A stretch of DNA of 64,000 bases from an uncultured delta proteobacterium (GTDB lineage: Bacteria; Desulfobacterota; Binatia; UBA9968): assembly GCA_963847445.1 (NCBI GenBank), contig CAWJZV010000046.1, forward strand, positions 160,001-224,000, given 5' to 3'. Shown here piece after piece: positions 21,650 to 31,794 of this stretch. The notes under the pieces were generated by a model, which saw nothing but the letters and a program-made list of their open reading frames with translations, ran no database searches and was not told the origin of the DNA. A program made the position numbers and the translations under genes. The first letter of the stretch is position 1, and every line of letters begins with the position of its first letter.

Positions 21650-23348
21650 ATGGCTTATGATCTCGTGATACGCGGTGGACGGGTGGTTGACGGTTCCGGC
21701 TTGCCGTCCTACGTGGCCGATGTCGGCGTCAAGGACGGCAAGGTCGTCGAAGTCGGCAAGCTTAAAGACGGCGCGGCGAAAACCATCGACGCCGGCGGTC
21801 TTGGCCGTGTCGCCCGGTTTCATCGATCATCATACCCATCTCGACGCGCAGATGCTTTGGGATCCCTACGGCACCTGCGAACCGCAGCATGGCGTGACCT
21901 CCGTGGTCATGGGCAACTGCGGCTTGTCCCTAGCGCCGGTTCGGCAGGGCATCGAAGACGCCATCGTCAAAAGCTTCGTCCGTGTCGAGGCGATTCCACG
22001 CATTGCGCTGGAGCAGGGCGTGAAATGGAACTGGCATAGCTACGGCGAATATCTCGACAACTTCGAAGGTAAGGTCGGCATCAATGTCGGCGGCCTCGTC
22101 GGTCACATCGCCGTGCGCCATCATGCCATGGGCGAGGAGGCGGTCGAACGGAAAGCCACCGGCACGGAAGTACAAAAGATGAAGGGCTTGGTGCTCGACG
22201 CCATGGAAGGCGGCGCCTTGGGCATGTCGACCAACCGCAACGACCGCCATATGCGCGAGGACGGCAAACCGGTGTCGAGCCGCTTGGCCGACGATGACGA
22301 ATTTTTCGCGCTCTGCGATGTCTTGGGCGAGCGCAATGCCGGGGTGATCGAAACTATCTTGGGCCGCAACAAGGTCGAGCATTTCGAGTGGTACCATGAA
22401 TTGGCCAAGCGTACGCAGCGGCCAATTCTGTGGCAGAGCCTGCAACATCGCTGGTCCGAACCCAATCTCTGGCGCGAACAGCTCGAAGCCGTCGAGCCGA
22501 TCTTCAAAGCGGGCTACCAGGCCTACGGGTTGACCCACACGGTGCCGCTGGTGCGCCACTTCACGTTGAAAGACTGCCAGATTTTCGACGAATTCCCGAC
22601 CTGGAAAAATTTGATGTTTCTGCCGGTGGAAGTGCGCAAGCAGGCGTTTGCCGATGCCGACACGCGGGTAAAGTTGCAGCATGAGATCGATAACCTGCGC
22701 TTGACCAACTACCACAAACGTTGGGATATCCCGAAAGTTGAAAAATGCTTCAAACCTGAGAATCAAAAATATGTCGGCAAGACCATCGCCGAGATGGCGG
22801 CCATGCGCAATCAAAAGCCAATTGACGCTTTCCTCGATCTCGCTCTCGACGAAGATTTGGAGACGATTTTTTGGAACGCCAACAACGGCGGCGACTGGAA
22901 CGCCATGGGTGAAATTCTGCGCAGCCCCTATGTGCTGATCGGCACTTCGGACGCCGGCGCCCATGTGCTGTTCGGCGCGGACTTCGGTTACGGCACGATT
23001 CTTTTGGGCCTGTGGGTGCGCGAGCGCCAAGTGATGTCGTTGGAGCAGGCGATTCATAAATTGACCTTCCATCCGGCGTCGATCTTCGGCTTGCAGGGGC
23101 GCGGTTTGTTGCGCCCGGGCTACGCCGCCGATATCACGATCTTCGATCCCGAGACGGTCAACGCCGAGGAGCCTACGTGGGCCAATGATTTCCCGGCCAA
23201 CACCAAACGCATGGTGCAGCAATCGGTCGGCATGCACTACACCATCGTCAACGGCACTGTGATCAATGATCACGGGCGCATGACCGGAGATCTGCCCGGC
23301 CAGGTGATGCGCGGGCCGCTCTACCGTCAACATAAGGCGGCCGCGTAA
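21650..23348 (+). CDS. N-acyl-D-amino-acid deacylase-like amidohydrolase (indel ~21800)
   Basis: YDLVIRGGRVVDGSG, PGFIDHHTHLD, GVTSVVMGNCG, TSDAGAH and RGLLRPGYAADITIFDP. Confidence 0.9.
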
Positions 23349-23349
23349 T

Positions 23350-23679
23350 ATGGGAGTGAGTTATATTCCAGTTGCCCGCATCGGTGAGCTCACTCCCGGT
23401 GCCATGAAAGAGGTCGACCTCGGCGGACGCCAAGTGCTCTTGGCGTTCGCCGAGGGCAAGTATTATGCGTTCGCGCGCCAGTGTCCTCATGAAGAAGCGG
23501 ATTTGAAAGAGGCCGGGCAGCTGTTCAACGTCAATGGCCCGCAGATCCGCTGCAACAATCATAGCTATTGTTTCGATCTCAAAACCGGCGACTGCACGCT
23601 GCCCAAAGGCGGCGCGCCTCTGACCGTGCTGCCTACCGAAGAACGCGGCGAAGAAGTTTGCATTCGCCTCGAGTGGTGA
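23350..23679 (+). CDS. Rieske-type [2Fe-2S] ferredoxin
   Basis: CPH ... CNNH ligand pattern and FDLKTG. Confidence 0.85.
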   Translation: MGVSYIPVARIGELTPGAMKEVDLGGRQVLLAFAEGKYYAFARQCPHEEADLKEAGQLFNVNGPQIRCNNHSYCFDLKTGDCTLPKGGAPLTVLPTEERGEEVCIRLEW

Positions 23680-23788
23680 ATTCGCGATCATTCTTTGTCG
23701 ACACGACGTGTCGGGCAACTGGGAAAGTCTGCCAGCGTCAAGCTGTGCCGGTGCTTTCGGATCGTGCCACCGTCGGGTAACGCTATCG

Positions 23789-24689
23789 ATGTCAAAAATT
23801 AAATTGCGGCTCGCCACTCTTGTCCTGGCGCTCACGCTGGTTATGACTGGCATGAGCGCTTACTTCGGGCAGCTTTCGGCCCAGGAGAAAAGCTTTCTCT
23901 GGAAGGCTCCGGGCAGCGCAAACACGGTTTACATTCTCGGGTCGATTCATCTGCTTAAACGGGAAAGCGCAACTTTGAAACCGATCGTTCATGAGGTTTT
24001 CGACAAAAGCAAACGTTTGGTGTTGGAAATCGATCTGCTCAAGGAGGGGCCGGATAAATTTCAACAACTGTTGATGCAGAAAGGCGTCAATCTCGACGGT
24101 AAGATGTTGCCGCAGCAGTTGTCGCCGGAGACTTACGAATTGGCCGCGCAAAAGGCCGGCGAGCTGGGCATCGATATCAAGCTTTTAGCGCCACTCAAAC
24201 CTTGGGTGGTCGCGCTGACGATGGTGGTGATGCAGCTGCAGAAGCTCGGCTATGATCCGAGTCTGGGCATCGATCACCAACTGGCGCAGCGCGCCAAGCA
24301 AGAGAACAAGCCGGTGTCCGGTTTGGAAACCGCCGAGTTCCAAATGGATCTTTTCAACGAATTGACGGCGCCGCAGCAGGATATGTTCCTGCGCCAGTCG
24401 TTGCTGGAAATGGACCAATTGGAGAAAGCGGTGGACGACATGGTCGGCGCGTGGAACAGCGGCGATGTCGCTCGCGGCGAGCGGCTATTTTTGGCAAGCA
24501 TGCGCGGCTATCCTGAGCTGAAAGACAAAGTTCTCGATGCGCGCAACCGCCGCTGGATACCGCAGATCGAACAGCTCTTGAAGCAAAACCAGGATGTCCT
24601 CGTGGTGGTCGGCACGGCGCATTTGGTCGGCAAGTCCGGCGTCATCGAGTTACTCAAAGATTCGCGGCTACAAATTGGAGCAAATGTAA
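23789..24689 (+). CDS. TraB/GumN family protein
   Basis: Signal peptide, YILGSIHL, GLET, LDARNRRW and VVGTAHLVG; indel near the end. Confidence 0.9.
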
Positions 24690-25184
24690 ATGGCGGGACA
24701 AAAACTTGAGCTCAAATCGATCCGGGTCGCGGACTGGATGACCGAGAACGTGCTGGCCGTGGAGACTTACGATAGCATCGCCATCGCCCGGCAGGTCATG
24801 GCCAAACACCGGGTCAATCAACTGCCGGTGCTCGACAACGATAATTTAGTCGGCATCGTCACTGACCGGGATCTTCGCGATGCCTATCCGACGAGCATGA
24901 TGATCGATCAGACCAAAGCGATCGACAGCTTTGCCGAAAAGGTTACCGTCGAAGAAGTCATGACCCACGATATCCTGATCGTCCGCCCCGAAATGCCGCT
25001 GGCGACGGCGGTGGCCTTGTTGCGGAAACACCGCATCGGCTCTTTGCCAGTGGTGCAAAACAAGAGTCTTGTCGGCATCATCACGCGCAGTGATATTCTC
25101 GATTTCGTCCTCGACGGCGGGCCAAAGCGCAAGCGGTTGTTAGGCAAAACTCCAGCCGCCAAAGCCAAGAAAAAGCGTAAATAA
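24690..25184 (+). CDS. CBS-domain pair protein
   Basis: LPVLD..LVGIVTDRDL and IGSLPVV...LVGIITRSDI. Confidence 0.9.
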   Translation: MAGQKLELKSIRVADWMTENVLAVETYDSIAIARQVMAKHRVNQLPVLDNDNLVGIVTDRDLRDAYPTSMMIDQTKAIDSFAEKVTVEEVMTHDILIVRPEMPLATAVALLRKHRIGSLPVVQNKSLVGIITRSDILDFVLDGGPKRKRLLGKTPAAKAKKKRK

Positions 25185-25226
25185 TTGCGATTTTCGCGTT
25201 GCTGAAGTTATTCAGGGGAGAGGGAT

Positions 25227-25721
25227 ATGCCGTCATTCGATATCGTCAGCCGCATCGACATGCAGGAGGTCGACAATGCGGTCAACATTACCAGTAAAAC
25301 GATTTTAACCCGCTACGATTTTCGCGGTTCAAAAACCGAAATTTCCCTCGACAAGAAGGAAAAGAAACTCCTCGTCACCACGGAAGACGACATGAAAATG
25401 CGGGCGATCCAGGACACCTTGATCGAGAACCTGGTCAAGCGCAAAGTTGACCGCCGCTGTCTGGACCCCAAAACTACCGAGCCAGCGGCCTACGGCATGA
25501 TCAAACGTGAAATCGCGATCAAGGACGGCGTCGATTCGGACAACGCCCGCGCCATCGTGAAACTGATCAAGGACAAGAAACTCAAGGTCCAAGCCGCGAT
25601 GCAGGATAACCAGGTGCGCGTGACCGGGAAAAAAATCGACGATCTCCAGGAAGTGATGCAGATGCTGCGCGGTTCGGATATTCCCATCCCATTGCAGTTT
25701 GTCAATATGCAGAGCCGCTGA
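25227..25721 (+). CDS. yajQ: YajQ nucleotide/c-di-GMP-binding protein
   Basis: MPSFDIVS, RYDFRGS and VRVTGKKIDDLQ. Confidence 0.95.
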   Translation: MPSFDIVSRIDMQEVDNAVNITSKTILTRYDFRGSKTEISLDKKEKKLLVTTEDDMKMRAIQDTLIENLVKRKVDRRCLDPKTTEPAAYGMIKREIAIKDGVDSDNARAIVKLIKDKKLKVQAAMQDNQVRVTGKKIDDLQEVMQMLRGSDIPIPLQFVNMQSR

Positions 25722-25748
25722 GAAATATTAAATTGACAGGAGCCGGAC

Positions 25749-26144
25749 ATGGAAAAGATCAAGAAAAACGATGATGAGTGGAAAAAACAGTTGAGCGACG
25801 AGCAATTCGAGGTCGCGCGCAAGAAGGGCACCGAGCGCGCCTTCACCGGCGCCTACTGGGACAACCATGAAAAGGGCACTTACCGGTGCATTTGCTGCGG
25901 CAACGAGCTATTCAGTTCAGACACCAAGTTCGACTCCGGCACTGGTTGGCCGAGCTTCTATGCCCCAGTGGCGGCCGACAACGTCGAAACCGAGACTGAT
26001 AACAGCTACGGCATGCGCCGGGTCGAAGCCCTGTGCAGCAAGTGCGACGCCCATTTGGGCCATGTCTTCGACGATGGGCCCAAGCCGACGAATCTGCGTT
26101 ATTGCATCAATTCGGCGTCGCTGAAGTTCGAAAAAGATAAGTAG
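25749..26144 (+). CDS. msrB: Peptide-methionine (R)-S-oxide reductase (Cys form)
   Basis: [27 protein letters not shown] and RYCINS. Confidence 0.96.
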   Translation: MEKIKKNDDEWKKQLSDEQFEVARKKGTERAFTGAYWDNHEKGTYRCICCGNELFSSDTKFDSGTGWPSFYAPVAADNVETETDNSYGMRRVEALCSKCDAHLGHVFDDGPKPTNLRYCINSASLKFEKDK

Positions 26145-26145
26145 C

Positions 26146-26602
26146 GTGAGCGCGACTGCCTTTCAGGACCAAGGTTCGGTGCATTACTGCCACGGCTGCG
26201 GTTCGGCAAATGAAAAGGGGCTTGCAGCTCAAGAGTTTCTGGAACGGCGAAGAAGCGATTGCCACTTGGCGCGCCCAGCCGCATCATTGCGGCGGCACGC
26301 GGGAAAATTTAAACGGCGGCATCATCGCGTCATTGATCGATTGCCACAGTTTGAACCTCGCCATTGCCCATGCTTACCGCGCCGAGGGGCGCGCCATCGG
26401 TAGCGCACCGCGTATCGGCTATGTGACGGCGAATTTGAATGTTTCATACCGCAAGCCGACGCCGCTGCAAGAACCCATCGAGCTGCGCGCGTGGATTCGC
26501 CGGCTTGAAGGACGCAAGGCCTGGGTCGATTGCACGTTGAGCGCCGCGGGTGTCATTTGCGCCACCGGAGAAGTGCTCGGCGTCAGGGTGGAGTGGAACT
26601 AA
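26146..26602 (+). CDS. PaaI/hotdog-fold thioesterase (frameshifted)
   Basis: CHGCG..N..GL, LNGGIIASLIDCH and VTANLNVSYRKPTP. Confidence 0.85.
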
Positions 26603-26611
26603 ATTAAATGA

Positions 26612-26702
26612 GTTCAAGCCGTTCAAAAAGTTCAAATCGTTCAAACCGTCTCGGAGGTTATCTGTCGATTTGAACGGCTTTAACGATTTGAACGATTTGA
26701 AC
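26612..26702. repeat. 9-bp-period inverted tandem repeat (GTTCAAnnn x4 ... TTGAACnnn x4)
   Basis: Visible directly; the left arm recurs almost identically at 53341-53377. Confidence 0.85.
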
Positions 26703-26715
26703 CTTTAGGAAGAAA

Positions 26716-27661
26716 ATGGAATACACGACACTTGGTAAAACCGGATTGAAAGTGAGCGTCGCCGGACTCGGCTGCGGCGGGCCGAGCCGACTCGGCATGC
26801 GCGGCGATGCCGGTGCGGAAGATCACGCGGTTCGCCTGATCAAGCAGGCGCTCGATCTCGGTGTCAATTTTCTCGATACGGCGCAGAATTACGGCACCGA
26901 GGGGGTTGTCGGCAAAGCGATCGCCGGCACGCCGCGCGACCGCGTGGTGATATCGACGAAAAAAACTTTGCCAACGCCCGACGAGGCAAATCCGGAAGCG
27001 GCAATCTTCGAAGGGGTGGAGAAGAGTTTAAGGCTACTCGGCACCGACTACATCGACATCTATCATCTGCACGGCGTCGAGCCCAAGGACTACGAGTTCG
27101 CGCAAAGCCGCCTGATCGCGCCGATGCGGCGGTTGAAAGAGCAGGGCAAGATTCGCTTCATCGGTGTCACTGAAGGGTTTGTCGTCGACACCACGCATAC
27201 GATGTTGGCGGACAGTCTCAATAAAAATCTCTGGGACGTGGTGATGGTCGGCTTCAGTTTGCTCAATCCGTCGGCGCGCAAGAACGTTTTGCCGCTGACC
27301 CTGAAAAACGGCGTCGGCGTGCTCGATATGTTCGCGGTGCGGCGCGCGCTCAGTCAGCCCCAGCGGCTGAAAGAAATGTGTGCCGAGTTGGTCGAGAAGC
27401 GCGCCATCGCGAAAGGACGCGCTGGATCTCGACGCTCCGCTTGGTTTCCTGCTCAAAGAAACCGACGCGGCGACCTTGCCGGAAGCGGCGTATCGTTTCT
27501 GTCGCCATGAACGCGGTGTCGACGTCGTCCTCACCGGCACCGGCAACCCCGACCATTTGCAGGAGAACATCGCCGCAATCTTGAAACCGCCGCTGCCGCA
27601 AGCGTCGCTCGATAAACTCGAGAAGTTGTTCGGTGGTTTGGCTTCTCTAACCGGCAATTAG
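26716..27661 (+). CDS. Aldo/keto reductase (frameshifted)
   Basis: LGKTGLKVS, GVNFLDTAQNYG, SLRLLGTDYIDIYHLH and GKIRFIGV. Confidence 0.92.
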
Positions 27662-27694
27662 TTATCGCAATCCGCGTTGAGTGATCGGTGCTTG

Positions 27695-27726
27695 CCCTCG
27701 CCCTCTCTCACCGTTGCGGGCGAGGG
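27695..27726. repeat. REP-like hairpin between convergent genes
   Basis: CCCTCGCCC...GGGCGAGGG, similar in style to 39811-39887. Confidence 0.5.
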
Positions 27727-27767
27727 AACCTGAAAGCAAGGTTCCGAATTGAGATGGACGCACGAGG

Positions 27768-28879
27768 TTAGTTTGTCTGGAACAACTTCGAATACTGTTC
27801 CCAGGGTGCCGGGGCGATGCGCGCCGTCTGCAAATTTTCCTCGACATGTTTCTGCTGTTTCATGCCGACGAGCGCCGTGGTCACGCCTGGGGTCGAGCGG
27901 ACGAATTGCAGCGCGCGCTGGGCGTCGGTGGCGAGACCGGTGAAAGTCTCAGCTATAATCGGTGGCAGATCGTGGCTGAGCTGGCCTTGCAGCACCGAAG
28001 CGCTGCACATCACCGTGATGCCGAGATCCTGGGCGACTTCGAGCACGGTATGGCGATGGCCATGGGCTGGCTGATTGGCATTGGACAACGCTTCGCTCAT
28101 GCCGAGATTGAGCGGCAGTTGAATGACTTTGAAATGATGATTCTTGCCGCCGGCTTTTTCGGCCAACTCGACTGACATGCGTCAGGGATAGATAATCTTT
28201 GGCGTCGGTATCATTGCGAAAGCAGTTCCAGGTCGCCATGCCGTACATCTGAATCTTGCCGGCATCCACGGCGCCTTCCAATGCTTCGAATGCATTGACG
28301 ACGCGACTTTCGAATTCCTCGGCGCTCACTTTGCCGAGCTGAGTTTCCGGGTTATGCAGATAGTAGATATCGATGGTTTCGACGTCGAGATTGCGCAAGC
28401 TGCATTCCAGTTGATTGAGCAAATATTTTGGCGTCATGCAGTGGCAGCCGCTGACGATCTCGGCGGAACTAGCGAGGCCGGTACTGATGAAAGTCTTCTC
28501 GATGTATTCGCGCGGATTCTTGGGTGGCGTGCCGTCGTAGGGGATGAAGCCGCCTTTGCTGGCGACGACGATTTCGTCGCGGTTGTAACCGCGGCTGGAC
28601 AACTCTTTTAGCGCCGTGCCAATGGACCGTTCGCTGCGCTGGAGCCGGTAATTGATGGCGCTGTCGACGACGTTGCATCCGGCGCCGACCGCCGTGACCA
28701 CCGCTTGGTGATATTGCTGATCGGTGGCGTCGTCGTAGTTGCCCAAATAGGTTCCCAGGCCGATGGACGATAGCCAGAGAGTTTGCGCCTGGCGAAAATG
28801 GCTTTCCGGAAGTTTGCTCGCTAAAGCGCTTGCGGTAGCGTTCGGTGCCGTCGAGAGTCGCGTGTCCCGGTAAGTTCAT
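27768..28879 (-). CDS. Aldo/keto reductase (frameshifted)
   Basis: SIGLGTYLG, VDSAINYR, SKGG, IDIYYLHNPE and ALVGM. Confidence 0.88.
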
Positions 28880-29359
28880 TTTGCCTTCATTCCTTTAGCG
28901 CCGGCGCCGCTAAATAGCAGACCGTCGAGGCCGAGCGTGCGGCCGGGACCGGCGAGGACGAAAATCGCCAACGCGATGATGAAGATCTGTTGCTGAGCCA
29001 GCATGGCGCCGCCGCGCGCCGTGCCGGGGCCGAGATAATAGTTTGCCAGCATAAACAGGCCGACCAGCGCGCTCAAGCGCGTGAACAAACCCAAGAGCAG
29101 ACCAGACACCCACGGCGATCTCACCGATCATGATCAGATAGCCGAATAGCTCACTATGCGGCACGACATATCTTTGCAGAAACCCTTTGTACCAGGGATA
29201 GAGATCGAGACTGGCGATGTCGCCGATCTGCCGGCCGATCCAATCGCCCTTGGGAAAGTTGCGCTGAAATTTGCCGATCCCCTGAAAGAACAGATAGTAA
29301 CCGACGTAGATGCGCAGGACGGCAAGATACCAGAGGTAAGTTCGTTCTTTGAGATTCAT
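28876..29359 (-). CDS. DoxX/DoxD-like membrane protein (frameshifted)
   Basis: LRIYVG...GEIAVG..LLLGLFTR...GRTLGLDG. Confidence 0.82.
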
Positions 29360-29429
29360 CGCACCCCTCGAATCGCCAACGATCCGCACCGACATGAAAA
29401 ATACCGCGGCGATGGGGAAATCGCCGAGA

Positions 29430-30198
29430 TTAGAACGCATCTTTCATTTTTCGCACCGCGGCGAAAACCGACACCGGATCGCCACGGCTGGCGGGGGCAA
29501 CGGCTTTGACGCTGGCTTGGATTTCCTTGCTGTCCCAGCGCAAAAATGGATTGGTCAGCTTTTCCTCTTCCATGGTTGACGGCACCGTCGAGGTGCCGCG
29601 CGCGCGCAGACCTTGGACGCGTTCGAAGCGCGCCGCCAGCTTGGGATTTTTCCCTTCCACCGTCATGGCGAAGCGCAGATTGCTTTCGGTATATTCATGG
29701 CCGCAATAGACTTTGGTGTTATCGGGTAGGGCCATGAGTTTTTTCAGCGAGCCGTGCATTTGTTCCGGTGTGCCTTCGAAGAGCCGGCCGCAACCGGCGG
29801 TGAACAGCGTGTCGCCGCAAAATAGATTGTTCTCGAACAGGTAGGCGACATGGCCGGTGGTGTGGCCAGGAATGAAGAACACGCTTCCCTTGAGCTCACC
29901 GATTTGGACCGTGGCGCCGTCGTCGACGCCGTCGGTCATGCCATAGATTCGCTCCTGATCGCTTTTGTGGCGCGTATACTTTCAGCTTGTGGATCGCCAG
30001 CAGGCCTTGATTGCCGCCGGTGTGATCGCGATGGTGGTGCGTATTCAAGATCGCCACCGGCTCGACGTTTTCCTGTTCGAGGCGGCGCAGCACCGGATCG
30101 GCTTCCGACGGGTCGACGATGGCGGCTTGGTTGGTCTTTTCGCAGACAAGCAGATAGCCGTAGTTATCACGCAAGAGCGGGATTTGATGTATCTTCAT
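29430..30198 (-). CDS. gloB: Hydroxyacylglutathione hydrolase (glyoxalase II), frameshifted
   Basis: DNYGY, NTHHHRDHTGG, PGHTTGH, GDTLF..GCGR, CGHEYT and NPFLR. Confidence 0.95.
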
Positions 30199-30433
30199 TA
30201 ATGTTTCCAAAGGACGTATGTGGGGTGAACTGACTACAGATACTAGTTGGAAGTGCGATTTTTTCAAACCCGGGAGGCTTATCTATCCGACGACGGCTTC
30301 GGGGCGGCACAAGCAGAATTTTGTCCAGCCGGTTCTCGTATTTGATTGTCGGCAAGCATCCTTCCACCCTGACATATTGTTGCTGTTAGACCCTGTCAGA
30401 ATCACTTTGCTACAACAACAGCGATAAATCCAC

Positions 30434-30463
30434 TTGACCCTGCGCTCTCAGGTTCTCTATAGT
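30434..30463 (+). promoter_or_regulatory. Putative sigma70 promoter (near-leaderless) for the FIST gene
   Basis: TTGACC-N18-TATAGT, 9 nt before the ATG at 30473. Confidence 0.45.
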
Positions 30464-30472
30464 GCCGGCATT

Positions 30473-31651
30473 ATGATACGCGCCGGAGTCGGACAATCGA
30501 GTAACCCTTCTACTGCACAAGCGGTCAGCGAAGCGGCCCAGCAAGCGATGGCGCAGGCGGGCATCAGCCGGGCCGACGGTGGAATAATATTTTTCACCGC
30601 CGATCACGCGGCTCATGGCCAAGAACTTGTCGCCACCCTTGCGCGGGTCATCGGCACCGACTGCGTCACCGGATCGAGCGGCGCCGGAGTCTTGACCGGC
30701 GCCGGCGAGATCGAAGGCGACCATGGCGTTGCCGTGATGGTGTTTGCCACCGATCGATTTTTTGCCCGGCCATTTATCTTCGAACCGCTGCGCGGCAATG
30801 AAGCGAAGCTAGGCGAAACCTTTGGCGGCTTTCTCGCCAAGGCGCAGGATGAGAAATCGCTGATGCTGCTGTTTCCCGACACCTACAACGGCAACGCGCA
30901 AAATCTCTTGCAGGCGATCGCAGCGCGCGCCGGTTTTCATCCGATCGCCGGCGCCGGCTCGTCGGAGAATGGCGCGGCCGGGGCGACCTATCAGTTGTGC
31001 GGCGACAAGCTGGCCAGCAACTCGCTCGCCGGTATGTATATCTCCGGCGCTCTCGAGACCCACATCGACATCACGCAAGGCTGCCAGCCGATCACCCAGC
31101 CGATGACGATCACCAAGGCGGAAAACAATTTGATCCATGAGATCGACAACCAGCCGGCGTTGGCCGTGTTCGCCAAGCTGCTCAAGGGGCCGTTGGCCGA
31201 AGACCTGCGGCGCGCGTTGACGGTCCTGTTCGTCGGCCTGCCGGCGGATCGCAGCGAAAACAGCGTCGCCGCGGGAAAATATCTGGTGCGAAATATTATC
31301 GGCTTGGATCCGGACGCAGGCATCGTCGCGGTGGCCGACCAGGTGAGCGAAGGGCAGTCGATGATTTTCACCATGCGCGACGGCCAGCGCGCCCGTGACG
31401 ACTTGCAAGAGATGTTACAGCGCCAATTAGCGCGCTTGAACGGCAAAAAGCCCGCCTTCGGTTGCTACTTCAACTGCTGTGCCCGCGGCAGCTCGCTGTA
31501 CGGCATCCCCGGCATCGACGCCGCTTACATCAAACAGGTGCTCGGCGACTTCCCGTTGATCGGCATGTTCGGCGGTTATGAGCTCGCGCCGCTCGGGCGG
31601 GCCAATCATCTGTTCGCTTACACTGGGGTGCTCGTTTTGGTTACGGAATAA
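30473..31651 (+). CDS. Stand-alone FIST-N/FIST-C domain protein
   Basis: GSSGAGVL, ITQGCQPI, IHEIDNQPA, YLVRNIIG, YFNCCARG and GMFGGYEL. Confidence 0.9.
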   Translation: MIRAGVGQSSNPSTAQAVSEAAQQAMAQAGISRADGGIIFFTADHAAHGQELVATLARVIGTDCVTGSSGAGVLTGAGEIEGDHGVAVMVFATDRFFARPFIFEPLRGNEAKLGETFGGFLAKAQDEKSLMLLFPDTYNGNAQNLLQAIAARAGFHPIAGAGSSENGAAGATYQLCGDKLASNSLAGMYISGALETHIDITQGCQPITQPMTITKAENNLIHEIDNQPALAVFAKLLKGPLAEDLRRALTVLFVGLPADRSENSVAAGKYLVRNIIGLDPDAGIVAVADQVSEGQSMIFTMRDGQRARDDLQEMLQRQLARLNGKKPAFGCYFNCCARGSSLYGIPGIDAAYIKQVLGDFPLIGMFGGYELAPLGRANHLFAYTGVLVLVTE

Positions 31652-31670
31652 CCTTCGGCGCTGCAATCCA

Positions 31671-31773
31671 ATTTTAGATTTTCGATTTTGGATTGATCGG
31701 AATAGGACGCTAAGTCTCCGATCAGGCGGTCTTGCCCGAATTTGAAACGCTCCGAAATCCAAAATCCAAAATC
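31671..31773. repeat. 7-bp-period inverted tandem repeat (ATTTTnG ... CnAAAAT)
   Basis: ATTTTAGATTTTCGATTTTGGATT ... AATCCAAAATCCAAAATC between convergent genes. Confidence 0.8.
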
Positions 31774-31794
31774 GGCGGTGGTGTGGGGCTGCGG

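Noticed and set aside
21930-23333. Long antisense ORFs (for example 21930-23333, 52252-53409, 58819-59793)
   Set aside because: They are shadow frames opposite well-supported genes, as expected in GC-rich DNA.
25749-26144. MsrB as a selenoprotein
   Set aside because: The catalytic residue is TGC (RYCINS) and the ORF is uninterrupted.
26612-26702. Possible CRISPR array
   Set aside because: The units are 9 bp, there are no unique 25-45 bp spacers, the arrangement is inverted, and no cas genes are present.
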